A program made the position numbers and the translations under genes. From Thermoanaerobaculia bacterium (lineage in GTDB: Bacteria > Acidobacteriota > Thermoanaerobaculia > Multivoradales > Multivoraceae), in the NCBI GenBank assembly GCA_963664405.1, contig OY761158.1, positions 1,728,001 through 1,792,000 of the forward strand: a DNA stretch of 64,000 bases, read 5' to 3'. Shown one piece after another: positions 39,601-49,558 of the stretch (positions are counted from its first letter, which is position 1; every line of letters starts with the position of its first letter). The notes under the pieces were generated by a model that worked only from the letters and a program-made list of their open reading frames with translations, was not told the origin of the DNA and searched no databases.

Positions 39601-41498
39601 TGGCGGCACTCCTCCACCAGATCTTCGAAGGCGGCGACTCGGGGCTCCAGGCGAGCTACAGCGTCGCGCCAGAAATCGGGCACTGACAAGTCGACATCAA
39701 GATGCCGGCGTGCGACCTCTTCGGCTGTCATCCGCCCGGTGTCACGCAACAGGGCGACATAGCGAGAGTGGAACTCATCGCCATAGAGCTCACGTCTCAG
39801 ATAGACGCCGGTGCTGAACAGATAGCCGAAGAGATAGGGGAAGTTGTAGAAACTGAGCTCGGAAATGTAGAAATGCAGCTTAGTGGCCCAAAACCAGGGG
39901 TCCGGCTCCGAGAGCGAGTCGCCGTACCAGCGCTCCCACGCTTGGCTCATCAGCGAACCGAGCTCCGCGGGCAGTAGAGGGCGCTCTTCGCGCTTCTGGT
40001 AGAGCTCCTTCTCAAAGCTGAAGCGCGCCGGGATGTTGAGCAGAAAGGATGTGAGTGCCGCCATCTCCTCCCACTGGATGTCGAGCCGCGACTGTCGAGA
40101 CGAAGCTTGCCCAAGGAGTGCGTCTCGTACCGTCGCCTCGCCGAAGGTGCTCGCGGTCTCCGCCAGCGACATACCGTAACGGCGCTGGCAGCGCGGCAAG
40201 TCCCGCATCACCCACGAGTGATAGCCGTGACCCAACTCGTGGGCCAGGGTCATGACGTCAGCGGGTGAGCCGGTGTAGGTCATGTAGACGCGGGGCGTTC
40301 GTGATTTGGCAAAGCCCGTGCAGTACGCGCCGGGTCTCTTATGCGGCGAAACCGTCCCCTCGATCCAGCGCTCGTCAACCATTTTATGAACGAAAGCACC
40401 CATCTCGGCATCGACGCCCGCGAAAGCTTCGGCAATGAGCCCGACTCCGTCGCCGAAGGACATCGGCGCCTCGCCCGAGCCCAAGCGAGGAGCAGGCGCG
40501 CGGTTGTCCCAAGGACCGATGCGGTCTCCGCCGTAGGCACGGCCCATGGCGCGCGCCGCCCGTCTCGCCAGCGACGAGGCCTCTTCGGCGACAGAGATCA
40601 GCGTGTCGAGAGTAGATCGAGAGATACGGTTGTCGTGGACGGGCCCGTCGAGAAAGTGGACCTCTCTCGTGTGCGACCTCTTGCGCACCATCTCCAGGCG
40701 CCAGCCGGCGATCGCGTTGAGTGCGGCAGCACAGGATTCGGCCTGGCTCTCCCAGGCGAGGTTGATGGCGCGCCAAGCGCTCTGCCTTTGCGCCGGATCG
40801 CTCTTCTCCAACAACCCACTCGCCTCGGCTAGCCCCATCGTCCGCGGAGCACCGTCTTCCCCGAGCTCACACTGCAAGGTCCCGGAGATCTGATCGTAAA
40901 GTCGGCCCCAGGCATGAATGCCGTCCTGGGCGAGCCCGCTGACCAGCTTCTCTTCGGCGACACTCAGGCGCTCGTGTCGGCGCTCTCTCGAGTGGCGTGC
41001 GATGAACTCCGAGGGCCTTACGGCGTCATCGGAGAGGTAGAGCTCGAGGACTGCATCCGGGATCAGATCGACAAACTGAGAAAGAGGCTCCGCAAGCTCT
41101 TCGAAGCGCTTCTGGCAAGCCTGCAGGCGGCCCTGTAGAACCTGCGCCTCCTCGTCGTTGGCGTCGACGCTCAAGAGACAGCTGGCGAACTCACTTGGGT
41201 TGCGTACCAAGAGGTCTGCCTTCTCGGCCAACTTGTAGATCGCTCTCGCCGCATCGAGGGTCTCGGCAGCCTCGTCGACAGCGAGGGTCGGCGCCTCGGG
41301 GAGGGCGGCCTCGAGCACCGGGTTCAGAGCCTCGATCTCATCGAGAAGGCGGCTGAGATCGCTGAGATCGCCTTCAATCTCAGCCGAGTCCGCTGCTGGG
41401 TACTCCGAAGACAGATCCCATGGCGGGCCGGCCACCGCAGCCTGGAGCCCGTCCTCGGTCGCGGCCTCTTCGTCTTCACGCTTGGGCGGCACGCTCAT
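39597..41498 (-). CDS. Oligoendopeptidase F (M3B)
   Basis: WDLS, KRPGAYCT, TLAHELGHGYH, AETASTF, FYNFPYLFG. Confidence 0.92.
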   Translation of the reverse strand: MSVPPKREDEEAATEDGLQAAVAGPPWDLSSEYPAADSAEIEGDLSDLSRLLDEIEALNPVLEAALPEAPTLAVDEAAETLDAARAIYKLAEKADLLVRNPSEFASCLLSVDANDEEAQVLQGRLQACQKRFEELAEPLSQFVDLIPDAVLELYLSDDAVRPSEFIARHSRERRHERLSVAEEKLVSGLAQDGIHAWGRLYDQISGTLQCELGEDGAPRTMGLAEASGLLEKSDPAQRQSAWRAINLAWESQAESCAAALNAIAGWRLEMVRKRSHTREVHFLDGPVHDNRISRSTLDTLISVAEEASSLARRAARAMGRAYGGDRIGPWDNRAPAPRLGSGEAPMSFGDGVGLIAEAFAGVDAEMGAFVHKMVDERWIEGTVSPHKRPGAYCTGFAKSRTPRVYMTYTGSPADVMTLAHELGHGYHSWVMRDLPRCQRRYGMSLAETASTFGEATVRDALLGQASSRQSRLDIQWEEMAALTSFLLNIPARFSFEKELYQKREERPLLPAELGSLMSQAWERWYGDSLSEPDPWFWATKLHFYISELSFYNFPYLFGYLFSTGVYLRRELYGDEFHSRYVALLRDTGRMTAEEVARRHLDVDLSVPDFWRDAVARLEPRVAAFEDLVEECRQ

Positions 41499-41654
41499 CT
41501 TGAAACAACCCTCCTCCAATTCTCTCGACATCTTACTGGACCCACCCCTCGCAGTCCCCTCGAACATCGGTCCTTCGAAACCTACCCACCTTGTACCTCT
41601 CAGTGCCAGCGAAAGTGCCGTAACTTTCGACATTGCCTCGACACACGGTGTCCG

Positions 41655-41800
41655 ATACGTAACTTATGGTATCAAGTTATCGTGATCGCCCCGCAAAAAA
41701 ACGAACCCGTCCGGCAGGATCGTCTGTTTTTTATTCTTTACTCATAACATCTTACGGTCTAATTACGCTCATATAGATAATCTGGTATATCTATTGCGCA
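41655..41800 (+). promoter_or_regulatory. Putative sigma54 promoter with an upstream palindromic activator site
   Basis: TGGTATATCTATTGC at 41783-41797 (GG-N10-GC); TAACTT-N8-AAGTTA at about 41660-41679; AT-rich spacer. Confidence 0.6.
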
Positions 41801-41912
41801 TGAAAACACCATCAAGGTAATGCTCAATGACTTGTCTATTTCGTAACAGACTGCGCTGACATTCACCATGGTCGAACCTGGCAATCCTCGGAAAACACTT
41901 GAAGGGGTCGAA

Positions 41913-42536
41913 ATGAAAGACACAGGGCGTAACAGCGGTTTCACTCTTTTTGAGCTCCTCGCAACCTTCGCCATATTGGCGCTGGCGAGCTCGCTCGCTC
42001 TTCCCGGGCTTCTGAACTTCATCCATCGCTCCAAGCTTGAAGGCGCCGCGAGGCAGGCGGTGTCGATGATGCAGATCTCGCGGCTGGAGGCCATCAAGCG
42101 AGGCGTTCCGGCCGTCGTCATCGTCGATCCGGTCCAGGGCGAGCTCGTCGCTTTCGCCGACGTTGACGGCGCCAGCACGACGGACCCTCCGGACGGCATC
42201 TTCAACCCCGTCTCCGGTGAGCCGCTGCGTCTCACTGACTACGAGCTTGGCCGCTTCCGTCTGCCGAACGGCATCGCCCTCGGCGACCCGGATGGGAACG
42301 AAGGAATAGCCGCAGTCGCAGGCTTCATGAACGCTGCCCCGTTACCGCAAAAGCGAGCCGTATTCCGTATGGACGGCTCGGCCGAAGACGATGGCGCTTT
42401 CCGTTTCCGTGACCTCAGGGGGAACTTCCTCGAGGCACGCCTGGTAGCCCCGACCACAGCCCGTCTCGAGGTGCGCAAGTGGGACGGGAGCGACTGGAGA
42501 GCAGCGGGCGAAGAGGGTGCTTGGGTATGGCAGTGA
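41913..42536 (+). CDS. FimT/FimU-like type IV minor pilin
   Basis: Class III prepilin G/FTLFE; SRLEAIKRG.P. Confidence 0.85.
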   Translation: MKDTGRNSGFTLFELLATFAILALASSLALPGLLNFIHRSKLEGAARQAVSMMQISRLEAIKRGVPAVVIVDPVQGELVAFADVDGASTTDPPDGIFNPVSGEPLRLTDYELGRFRLPNGIALGDPDGNEGIAAVAGFMNAAPLPQKRAVFRMDGSAEDDGAFRFRDLRGNFLEARLVAPTTARLEVRKWDGSDWRAAGEEGAWVWQ

Positions 42537-43045
42537 AGCCGGAAGCCCAAGCCGGCTTCTCGCTCATCGAGGTCCTTCTGGGATCGGTACTCTTTCTCGC
42601 GATAGCGCTCGGAACGGTGCCGATGTTCGCGCGCTCGATGGTCTCGAACGCGACAGGGAACGACGCGACCAAGGTCGCAAACTTCGCCAGGACCCGGGTC
42701 GAGACCCTGGTGCAGATGCCCTTCAACAGTCTCGATCTGACCATCGATAGCGGCACCGAGAGAGTTGTCGAGGAGTACTACTCGGCGGCCGAAGAAACCT
42801 GGCTCCCCTACCCGATACCGCTCGATGGGTCGGGCGAGGCGATGTGGACGCTACGCTCCACAGTCCGGCAATATCCCACCGCCGCCCTCACCGACGGAGA
42901 GCTCGAGCTATCCGAGACACTTCCCGCCGGAACCGACCCGACCTTCATCCATATCAAGGAGATCGAGGTACGGGTGGATCAGCTCGGCGGTCTTCTAGGG
43001 TCTCCTCTTCAGCAGATCGTGCTGCGAAGACTGAAGTCTCATTAG
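42527..43045 (+). CDS. PilV-like minor pilin
   Basis: G/FSLIE prepilin site; position in cluster. Confidence 0.8.
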   Translation: MAVKPEAQAGFSLIEVLLGSVLFLAIALGTVPMFARSMVSNATGNDATKVANFARTRVETLVQMPFNSLDLTIDSGTERVVEEYYSAAEETWLPYPIPLDGSGEAMWTLRSTVRQYPTAALTDGELELSETLPAGTDPTFIHIKEIEVRVDQLGGLLGSPLQQIVLRRLKSH

Positions 43046-43060
43046 ACGGAGGAGAAAGGG

Positions 43061-44365
43061 ATGATCACTCACCCCCGTTCAGTGCCCTCGGCTCGATGCA
43101 CGGAGCCCCACACCTCAAGTAGCGAAGAGGGGTTCTCTCTGATCGAGACCCTGGTCACCATGCTCCTTCTAGTCGGTGTGGTGGCCGGTGCCCTGGATCT
43201 CTTCGATGGGAGCAACAAGCTAGCCCGCACCGGCACCCACGTCGCGGGCATGCAGCAGGCTCTGCGCTCAGGCCAGTACGAGCTAATACGGATGGTCCGA
43301 ATGGCAGGTAGGGGCGGGATCCAGCAGGGGCCCCTTCCGGAGGGCCTCGCCGTCGCGATCCGTAACAACACACCGACCTCCGGCGACGAGCGCTACATCT
43401 CGGTTGGCGACAGCGACTCACCCCAGGTTCTTGCCGGCACGGATGTGCTCACCGTACGAGGAGCGATCGCTTCGTCGATCTATCAGATCAATCCCCTCGG
43501 TGGCGGCCTCATTCTCGATGCTCCGCAAACACCCACTTCCGGAAGCATCAGGGTACGCAACCCGCATCCGACTACGGGAGTACCACAGGATCTAACATTG
43601 CTGATCGAAGCGGTTGAGAACGAGACTCACGCGGCGCTGCTCCTGGTCAGCCCACTCGACATCTGGACCGTGGTCGAGATCGACAGAACGGCCTCGGACG
43701 TGACCAGTGACCCGGCCGACATCCAGATCGGCTTCAAAATCGGCGCAGTCACGGGCACGACAATTGTCGATTACTTCACCCAGCTCTCCGGCGGGTTCCC
43801 CATCGGGCTGAGGAGCGCCGCACATATCGCGCTGCTCGAGGAGTACCGCTACTACGTTCGCGAAGAGTACGCAGTCGAGGGCGACGACGAGAGTGCGCTT
43901 GTACCCAAGCTCGTCAAGGCTCGCTACTACCCGAATACAGAAGTCCCCCATCCGTCGGATCCGGCGCTGGGAGCCGAAGTCTCCGACAATGTCGTGGATC
44001 TTCAAGTGGCCCTGGGTATCGACCTCGACGGCAATGGATCGATCATCGACGGTGCAGTCGAGCCGACGGTGACCCTGAGAGACGACGAGTGGCTATTCAA
44101 CTCTCAGGACGACGTGAACGAAGACGGCGACCCGATCGACCCCGAGCGCTGGAACCCGATCGGATCTGCACCGGATCTCTATTACCTGCGCATCAACACT
44201 CTCGCCCGCACGGACCGGCCGGACCGCGGCTATCTGGCCCCGATCCTGACCGAGGTCGAAGACAACGACTACAGCTCCGGCGAGCACGACCGCTTCAACG
44301 ATACCGACGAACGACGGTATCGCCGACGCCTTCTCAGCACCGTCGTCGACATGAGAAATCTATGA
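43061..44365 (+). CDS. PilW-like minor pilin
   Basis: G/FSLIE, RMAG, NVVDLQVALGID, C-terminal RNL. Confidence 0.85.
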   Translation: MITHPRSVPSARCTEPHTSSSEEGFSLIETLVTMLLLVGVVAGALDLFDGSNKLARTGTHVAGMQQALRSGQYELIRMVRMAGRGGIQQGPLPEGLAVAIRNNTPTSGDERYISVGDSDSPQVLAGTDVLTVRGAIASSIYQINPLGGGLILDAPQTPTSGSIRVRNPHPTTGVPQDLTLLIEAVENETHAALLLVSPLDIWTVVEIDRTASDVTSDPADIQIGFKIGAVTGTTIVDYFTQLSGGFPIGLRSAAHIALLEEYRYYVREEYAVEGDDESALVPKLVKARYYPNTEVPHPSDPALGAEVSDNVVDLQVALGIDLDGNGSIIDGAVEPTVTLRDDEWLFNSQDDVNEDGDPIDPERWNPIGSAPDLYYLRINTLARTDRPDRGYLAPILTEVEDNDYSSGEHDRFNDTDERRYRRRLLSTVVDMRNL

Positions 44366-44925
44366 GGAGCCAGAGAATGAGCCAGACCGGCTCCTCCAGC
44401 GAGGAAGGCAGCGCGCTGCTGATCGCTCTCTTCGGCATCGTGGTCCTCACCATCCTCGGTCTCTTTCTGTCGGTGATCACTCAGACCGAGATGCGCCTGG
44501 GAATGAACGAGCGCACCCTGCAGCGCGTCTTTTATGCCGCGGACTCGGGCTTCGGAGCCTCGGTCTCGCGCGCCCTGGTCGAGGCGGACTACACCTCGAA
44601 GACCTTCGCCCTCGCCGACCCTGGGTCCAAGCCCGGGCTGGAGTTTCGTCACCAGATCGATGTCTCCCCTTTTCTACCGATACTCAACGCTCCCTGCAAT
44701 CTGTGCGAGATCAATAACTCCGGCACTTACGGCACCAAGCAGTACCTCAAAGTCAGTCACGCCGTAGCCGCCGAGGCCGGCCGCCACGGTGGCGGCATCG
44801 GCAGTCCTGGGATAACAGCCTTGAAGACTCTGAGCTCGATGATCGACATCCAGCCCACCGAGTCGACACCAGAAGCCTTCCTTGCCCTCGAAGACCCGGA
44901 ACAGCTGGCGAAGATCAGATTCTGA
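44362..44925 (+). CDS. PilX-like minor pilin
   Basis: G/SALLIAL (no Glu5), FYAADSG. Confidence 0.85.
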   Translation: MRSQRMSQTGSSSEEGSALLIALFGIVVLTILGLFLSVITQTEMRLGMNERTLQRVFYAADSGFGASVSRALVEADYTSKTFALADPGSKPGLEFRHQIDVSPFLPILNAPCNLCEINNSGTYGTKQYLKVSHAVAAEAGRHGGGIGSPGITALKTLSSMIDIQPTESTPEAFLALEDPEQLAKIRF

Positions 44926-44956
44926 GATCGACCGACCCACCCCACAGGAGTAGCTC

Positions 44957-47900
44957 ATGAATTGGGTCCCCCGCTCCCTACCACGGCGCACGGCTACGAG
45001 CTGCGGCCTCTTGGTTCTCACGATTCTTCTGCTGCCTATGGCAGCCGATGGCGACGACCGTGACCTACTGCGCTTCAAGACGGCCAAGCCCTACCTCTTC
45101 CTGTTACTCGACACCTCGAGCTCGATGAATCTCAAGTTCGGCCCCCACGCCGTCGCCGATGGGCATGGTGACGATCCGAGCTCTCGTCTCTACGGTGCGA
45201 AGGAGGCCCTCTTCACGGTGTTCGAGAATGTCGAGGACGTCAACTTCGGCTTCGCCGCGATGAACCAAGACGGGCTGAGAGTTCACGACACGCACTGGCT
45301 CTACTATCTAGACGCTGTGCCGCCCAATTGGCCCTTCCAAGGCAGCGCAAAACTGGTCTGGCCGATCCCCGATCCCGATGGGCTCACCACCGATCTCATC
45401 ACCGAGGACACCGACAACGACGAGATCCCTGATTCAGGAGACGGCATTCCGGACGGAGACACCGAAGGAGACGTGCTCGTCTTCGGTCAGAAGTTCATCG
45501 ATGTCAGTGGCAATCCCGTGCCGGGGGGGACCTGTCAGGTGCCGATTGCCATCGACGAGGACGATGGTCGAGCGAAAGTCAACGCCTTCGCGAGGCTCGG
45601 CTTGCTCGGCGACGAGGAGACCGTGACCTGGTTCCGCTATGGCAAGGGTGGAAACCGAAAGGTCTACCGGGTCGCCTTCGACCGGCCGGAGCTCATCCCC
45701 GACACCGCGCTTGGGAACAACTCGATCGGCGCCGACAACCTCTACGTCACCTGGAAGTTATCGGGGCCGGTGTCGAATTGTTCGAGCGTGCCGGCGCCAA
45801 CCCAGTTCGACTTCCTCATGCGCCAAGATCCCAATCTCAACCGCTTCGTCATGGTCGACCGCGGCGTACCGGCAGTCGGCGGCGACAACCCGACCGAAGA
45901 CACCGCAGCGCTGTGGCCCTGGGAGGACGCAACCATCGACAATGACTGCTCGTCGTCCCACCCCTTCAGCGGCAAGGGCTGGGAAGGGAACTACGACGCG
46001 GACGTCGCTCAACTCATCAGCGAAGGGCTCCAGGCGCCGGCTCCACCCAACGTACTCGAGAGCGCTGATGTCTACTGCCTCGACCAAAACAACCCGGCCA
46101 CCTGTGTCGCTCTGAAGCCGATGGTAGGTACGACCCTCAGTCCACTGGGTCGCCCACTCGACTACGGCGACATGATCCCATTCAACTGGCAGGACGGGGG
46201 CGCCAATCGAGACCTGATGCTGCAGCGCCTAGCTCCGAACTGGCCGCTGGAATCGCTCCCCAACTTCGGCGTTACCTACCACCTGAGCACCGCGCTCAAT
46301 ATGAGTGCGGAGGTTCTCGAGCCGCGCCTCCCCGGTCGCGAGCCGATCTTGGCACAAGGCAACACCGCTCTCGCCAAAGCCATGAACGACTTTCGATGCT
46401 GGTACATGGGCGGCAAGGGGCGCCACGCGGACAGCAAATGCGGCGACTCCGCCTACTTCGAGAGCGACGGTTGGTCGGCGCTGGCTTGCGGACGCGACCC
46501 CGACTACGGCTGCCGCCGTCCCTACCTGATCGTTATCAGTGACGGAAATGACGTCTGTAAAGGCGAGGACGCGACAGCCGACGTTTCCGACATGAAGTCC
46601 TTCTCCGGGGTCAGCACCTGGGCACTCAATCTCGGCGACCCCAAAGGCTGCCAATCGGGCGGAGGGCTGCACTCGATCGTGCAATCTTCGGGTGGCACCT
46701 GCATCAACGTCGCCGACAAGGACGACCTCAAACAAACCCTCGAAGAAGTGCTGGGTCAGATCCGCGAAGAGACCAGAGCTTTCGCCACCGCTGCGGTACC
46801 GACGGTTCAAACCACCTCCGACCAGGCGATCTACGTCAGCTCCTTCACCCCTCTGAATGAGAAATCGGTTTGGGACGGCCACATGAACGCCTTCCTCAAG
46901 CCCCTGCCGCTGACCGACCAGGGGACACCGAACACCGCCGAGTCATGCAACACCGGCCTCCAGTCCGGATGTCATCTCTGGGACGCCGGCGAGGCACTGA
47001 AGACGCAATACAACGCCGCCGCGCCCCTTGGTAACTCCATCGGCCAAAGGCGAATCAACTACCCTCTCTTTCAAAGCGGGGGTGCGGTGCCTCGTCAGAT
47101 GCGTCCCTTCGAGATGATCGACTGCAGCGACCCTGATCCCGACGACGACTGCGTCGACCTCCTCTTCGGACTCAACATACCCTTCGACGAGATCGACCCG
47201 GTCGACATGGCCAACGCCGAGATGCGCGCGAACGCGGTGATCTCCACCACCCTGAGCCCCAGAACTCACACCCTGACCAATCTCGATGGGAGCGATGGAG
47301 ACACTATCGAATACCTCCTCGGAGATGTCTTCCATTCCAATCCACTGGTCGTGGGGAGTCCCCCAAACGTCAGCTACTGGGTGCAGGACCTCCAAGGCGA
47401 CGGGACTGATTGCACCGATGACGAAACCGGCAATCCCGGATACAGATGCTTCTTTCAACGTCACCGATTCAGGCGCAAAGTGCTGCTGGCGGGTAGTGAC
47501 GACGGCATGCTGCACGCCTTCGACTCGGGCCGCTTTCACCAGAACGGGACCGACCCTGGAACCGGGCGGGCGCTCGAAGACGAGTTCGACAACGGCACCG
47601 GGCACGAGCTCTTCGCCGTCATCCCACGAAAGACCCTGCCAACGATCAAGAAGCTCGCCGAAGGCAACGAACATCACTTCGCGGCAGACGGAACCCCGAG
47701 GGTCGCGGACGTCTTCATCGATCCCGCTCACAACGGCTCGCCGGTCGTCACCGAGCGCCGCTGGCGCACCGTGGCCATTGCCGGGCTCCGCGAAGGCGGT
47801 GCCGGCTACTATGCGGTCGATATTACTCAGCCCGACAAGATCGGCACCGCGTCCGACGGAGAGACACTGATCCCTGATGACGGCGGACCAGCAAACTGGG

Positions 47901-49486
47901 TTCCGACCTGCATCAGCTCCTACAGCGCGGCGGAGTGCGGACCCTCCCCTTACGCCGCCGCGCTGTGGGAGATCCTCGACACCACCGACGACAGCATCCC
48001 TGGGGGCATAATGCCGCCGTCGCCGATGCCGATGGACGAAGACATGAATCTGCTCTCCGACCTCGGAGATACATGGTCGACACCGAACATAGGGCGCATC
48101 CAAGTCTGCCGGATCGGCGGGACAAATTGCACTCCGAACCCAGTCGTCGCCGGTGATGATGCCGACGTAGTCGTTCGCGATGTCGCCATTTTCGGTGGCG
48201 GCATGGATCCCGACGCTGCAGACAAATCAGCAGTCGGGCGGGGCGACTGGCTCTACATGGTCGACATCGAGACCGGGAAGATCATGTACAAACGTCAGCT
48301 CTGCTCGCCCTATGTCATCGACGAGTGCGTTTCCGCCGGTGCGGCAACTGCCGAAACCGCGGCAGTCGATACAAACCAGGACGGCCTCCTGGACCGCATC
48401 TACCTCGGCACCACGGCCGGTTTCGTCTTTCGAGTCGACCTCACACCCGACAGCCTGGGTCGGCTTCCCTCCCCCATAGGCCAGCCGGCCACGGCCCTCG
48501 ACCCCGAGCTTCTCGGCGTCGGGGGTGGCATCTCGCCACTGGTCGGGGTCACGGTCAAGAGAATCCCGAGATTCGACGCGAGCGGCGAAGAGATATGGCA
48601 ACCACGCGCGATCTTCGATTCGAGCTGGGACAGCGACGGAATGGGTGGGCTGGTAGCTTCAACCGCTCCCCGCCAGATTTACCACCCGCCCTCGGTTTTC
48701 TTTGCCGCGAAGGTGGGCCTCTTCGGCCTCGCCTTCGGAACCGGCAACCGTGAAGACCTTTGGGCGGTCTCCGAGCAGCACGAACGCTTCTACGTTTTCG
48801 TCGATGACAGCGACGAGCTCCTTCCTACCGTGCTCCCCCTGAACGAAGGGGGCTTCCAGCGGATTGAGATCGCGGACGGCAACATTCCGATCGATCTTCT
48901 GACCACCAGGAGCTCTGGTGAGCGGGGGTGGTTCCTCACCCTGGAGGAGGACGAGCGCGTCATCACCGACGCCTTCGCCCTCTCGGGCGTCACCATCTTC
49001 TCCAGCTTCGTGCCCGAGACCGCGCTCTCCGACGACGACTGTGATCCCTTGCTGGATCCAGGTTGCGCCGCGGTCGAGACTCTGACCTGCGGCGACAAGA
49101 AGTTCGAGAGCGATACCGACAATCTGTGCTCCCGCGCGGGGTCCAGCAAGAACTTCGTCGTCGGCACGGCGAACGGCAATGGATTCCTCAGAACCGAAGG
49201 AGGCGAAACTCTCCGATACAAGGCCGTCTCCACCTTTGTAACCAACCCCTTCACCGAGCCTGGCCAAAACAAGAACGCCGATCCGAGCGACGGCTCCACG
49301 CCCACATCGGACTCACTCACCGACCTCGAGATTGACACCATGGACTCGTTGAAGACACTCTTCCCCGACGCCTGCCGTTTCGCCAACTACCGAGTTGACA
49401 TCAAGACCGTCGTCGCCGATACCAGAGTCGAGCGCATCGCGCCGATCCCGGTCTGTATCGTCGAAAAGAACTGGAAGGAATACTAG
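44957..49486 (+). CDS. PilY1/PilC-like tip adhesin (vWA plus beta-propeller)
   Basis: LLDTSSSM MIDAS, ISDG, WDAG, LGDVFHSNP, DDGMLHAF, DGTP, DTNQDGLLD Ca loop, GTG. Confidence 0.9.
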   Translation: MNWVPRSLPRRTATSCGLLVLTILLLPMAADGDDRDLLRFKTAKPYLFLLLDTSSSMNLKFGPHAVADGHGDDPSSRLYGAKEALFTVFENVEDVNFGFAAMNQDGLRVHDTHWLYYLDAVPPNWPFQGSAKLVWPIPDPDGLTTDLITEDTDNDEIPDSGDGIPDGDTEGDVLVFGQKFIDVSGNPVPGGTCQVPIAIDEDDGRAKVNAFARLGLLGDEETVTWFRYGKGGNRKVYRVAFDRPELIPDTALGNNSIGADNLYVTWKLSGPVSNCSSVPAPTQFDFLMRQDPNLNRFVMVDRGVPAVGGDNPTEDTAALWPWEDATIDNDCSSSHPFSGKGWEGNYDADVAQLISEGLQAPAPPNVLESADVYCLDQNNPATCVALKPMVGTTLSPLGRPLDYGDMIPFNWQDGGANRDLMLQRLAPNWPLESLPNFGVTYHLSTALNMSAEVLEPRLPGREPILAQGNTALAKAMNDFRCWYMGGKGRHADSKCGDSAYFESDGWSALACGRDPDYGCRRPYLIVISDGNDVCKGEDATADVSDMKSFSGVSTWALNLGDPKGCQSGGGLHSIVQSSGGTCINVADKDDLKQTLEEVLGQIREETRAFATAAVPTVQTTSDQAIYVSSFTPLNEKSVWDGHMNAFLKPLPLTDQGTPNTAESCNTGLQSGCHLWDAGEALKTQYNAAAPLGNSIGQRRINYPLFQSGGAVPRQMRPFEMIDCSDPDPDDDCVDLLFGLNIPFDEIDPVDMANAEMRANAVISTTLSPRTHTLTNLDGSDGDTIEYLLGDVFHSNPLVVGSPPNVSYWVQDLQGDGTDCTDDETGNPGYRCFFQRHRFRRKVLLAGSDDGMLHAFDSGRFHQNGTDPGTGRALEDEFDNGTGHELFAVIPRKTLPTIKKLAEGNEHHFAADGTPRVADVFIDPAHNGSPVVTERRWRTVAIAGLREGGAGYYAVDITQPDKIGTASDGETLIPDDGGPANWVPTCISSYSAAECGPSPYAAALWEILDTTDDSIPGGIMPPSPMPMDEDMNLLSDLGDTWSTPNIGRIQVCRIGGTNCTPNPVVAGDDADVVVRDVAIFGGGMDPDAADKSAVGRGDWLYMVDIETGKIMYKRQLCSPYVIDECVSAGAATAETAAVDTNQDGLLDRIYLGTTAGFVFRVDLTPDSLGRLPSPIGQPATALDPELLGVGGGISPLVGVTVKRIPRFDASGEEIWQPRAIFDSSWDSDGMGGLVASTAPRQIYHPPSVFFAAKVGLFGLAFGTGNREDLWAVSEQHERFYVFVDDSDELLPTVLPLNEGGFQRIEIADGNIPIDLLTTRSSGERGWFLTLEEDERVITDAFALSGVTIFSSFVPETALSDDDCDPLLDPGCAAVETLTCGDKKFESDTDNLCSRAGSSKNFVVGTANGNGFLRTEGGETLRYKAVSTFVTNPFTEPGQNKNADPSDGSTPTSDSLTDLEIDTMDSLKTLFPDACRFANYRVDIKTVVADTRVERIAPIPVCIVEKNWKEY

Positions 49487-49558
49487 ACCAGCGCCGCATT
49501 CGGACCCCACGACGAACTCAGCGTATGATCGGCTTGACCTTTCAAGAGGAGCAAGCTG

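Noticed and set aside
41640-41910. c-di-GMP riboswitch upstream of the pilin cluster
   Set aside because: No GEMM consensus stems visible; a sigma54 promoter fits better.
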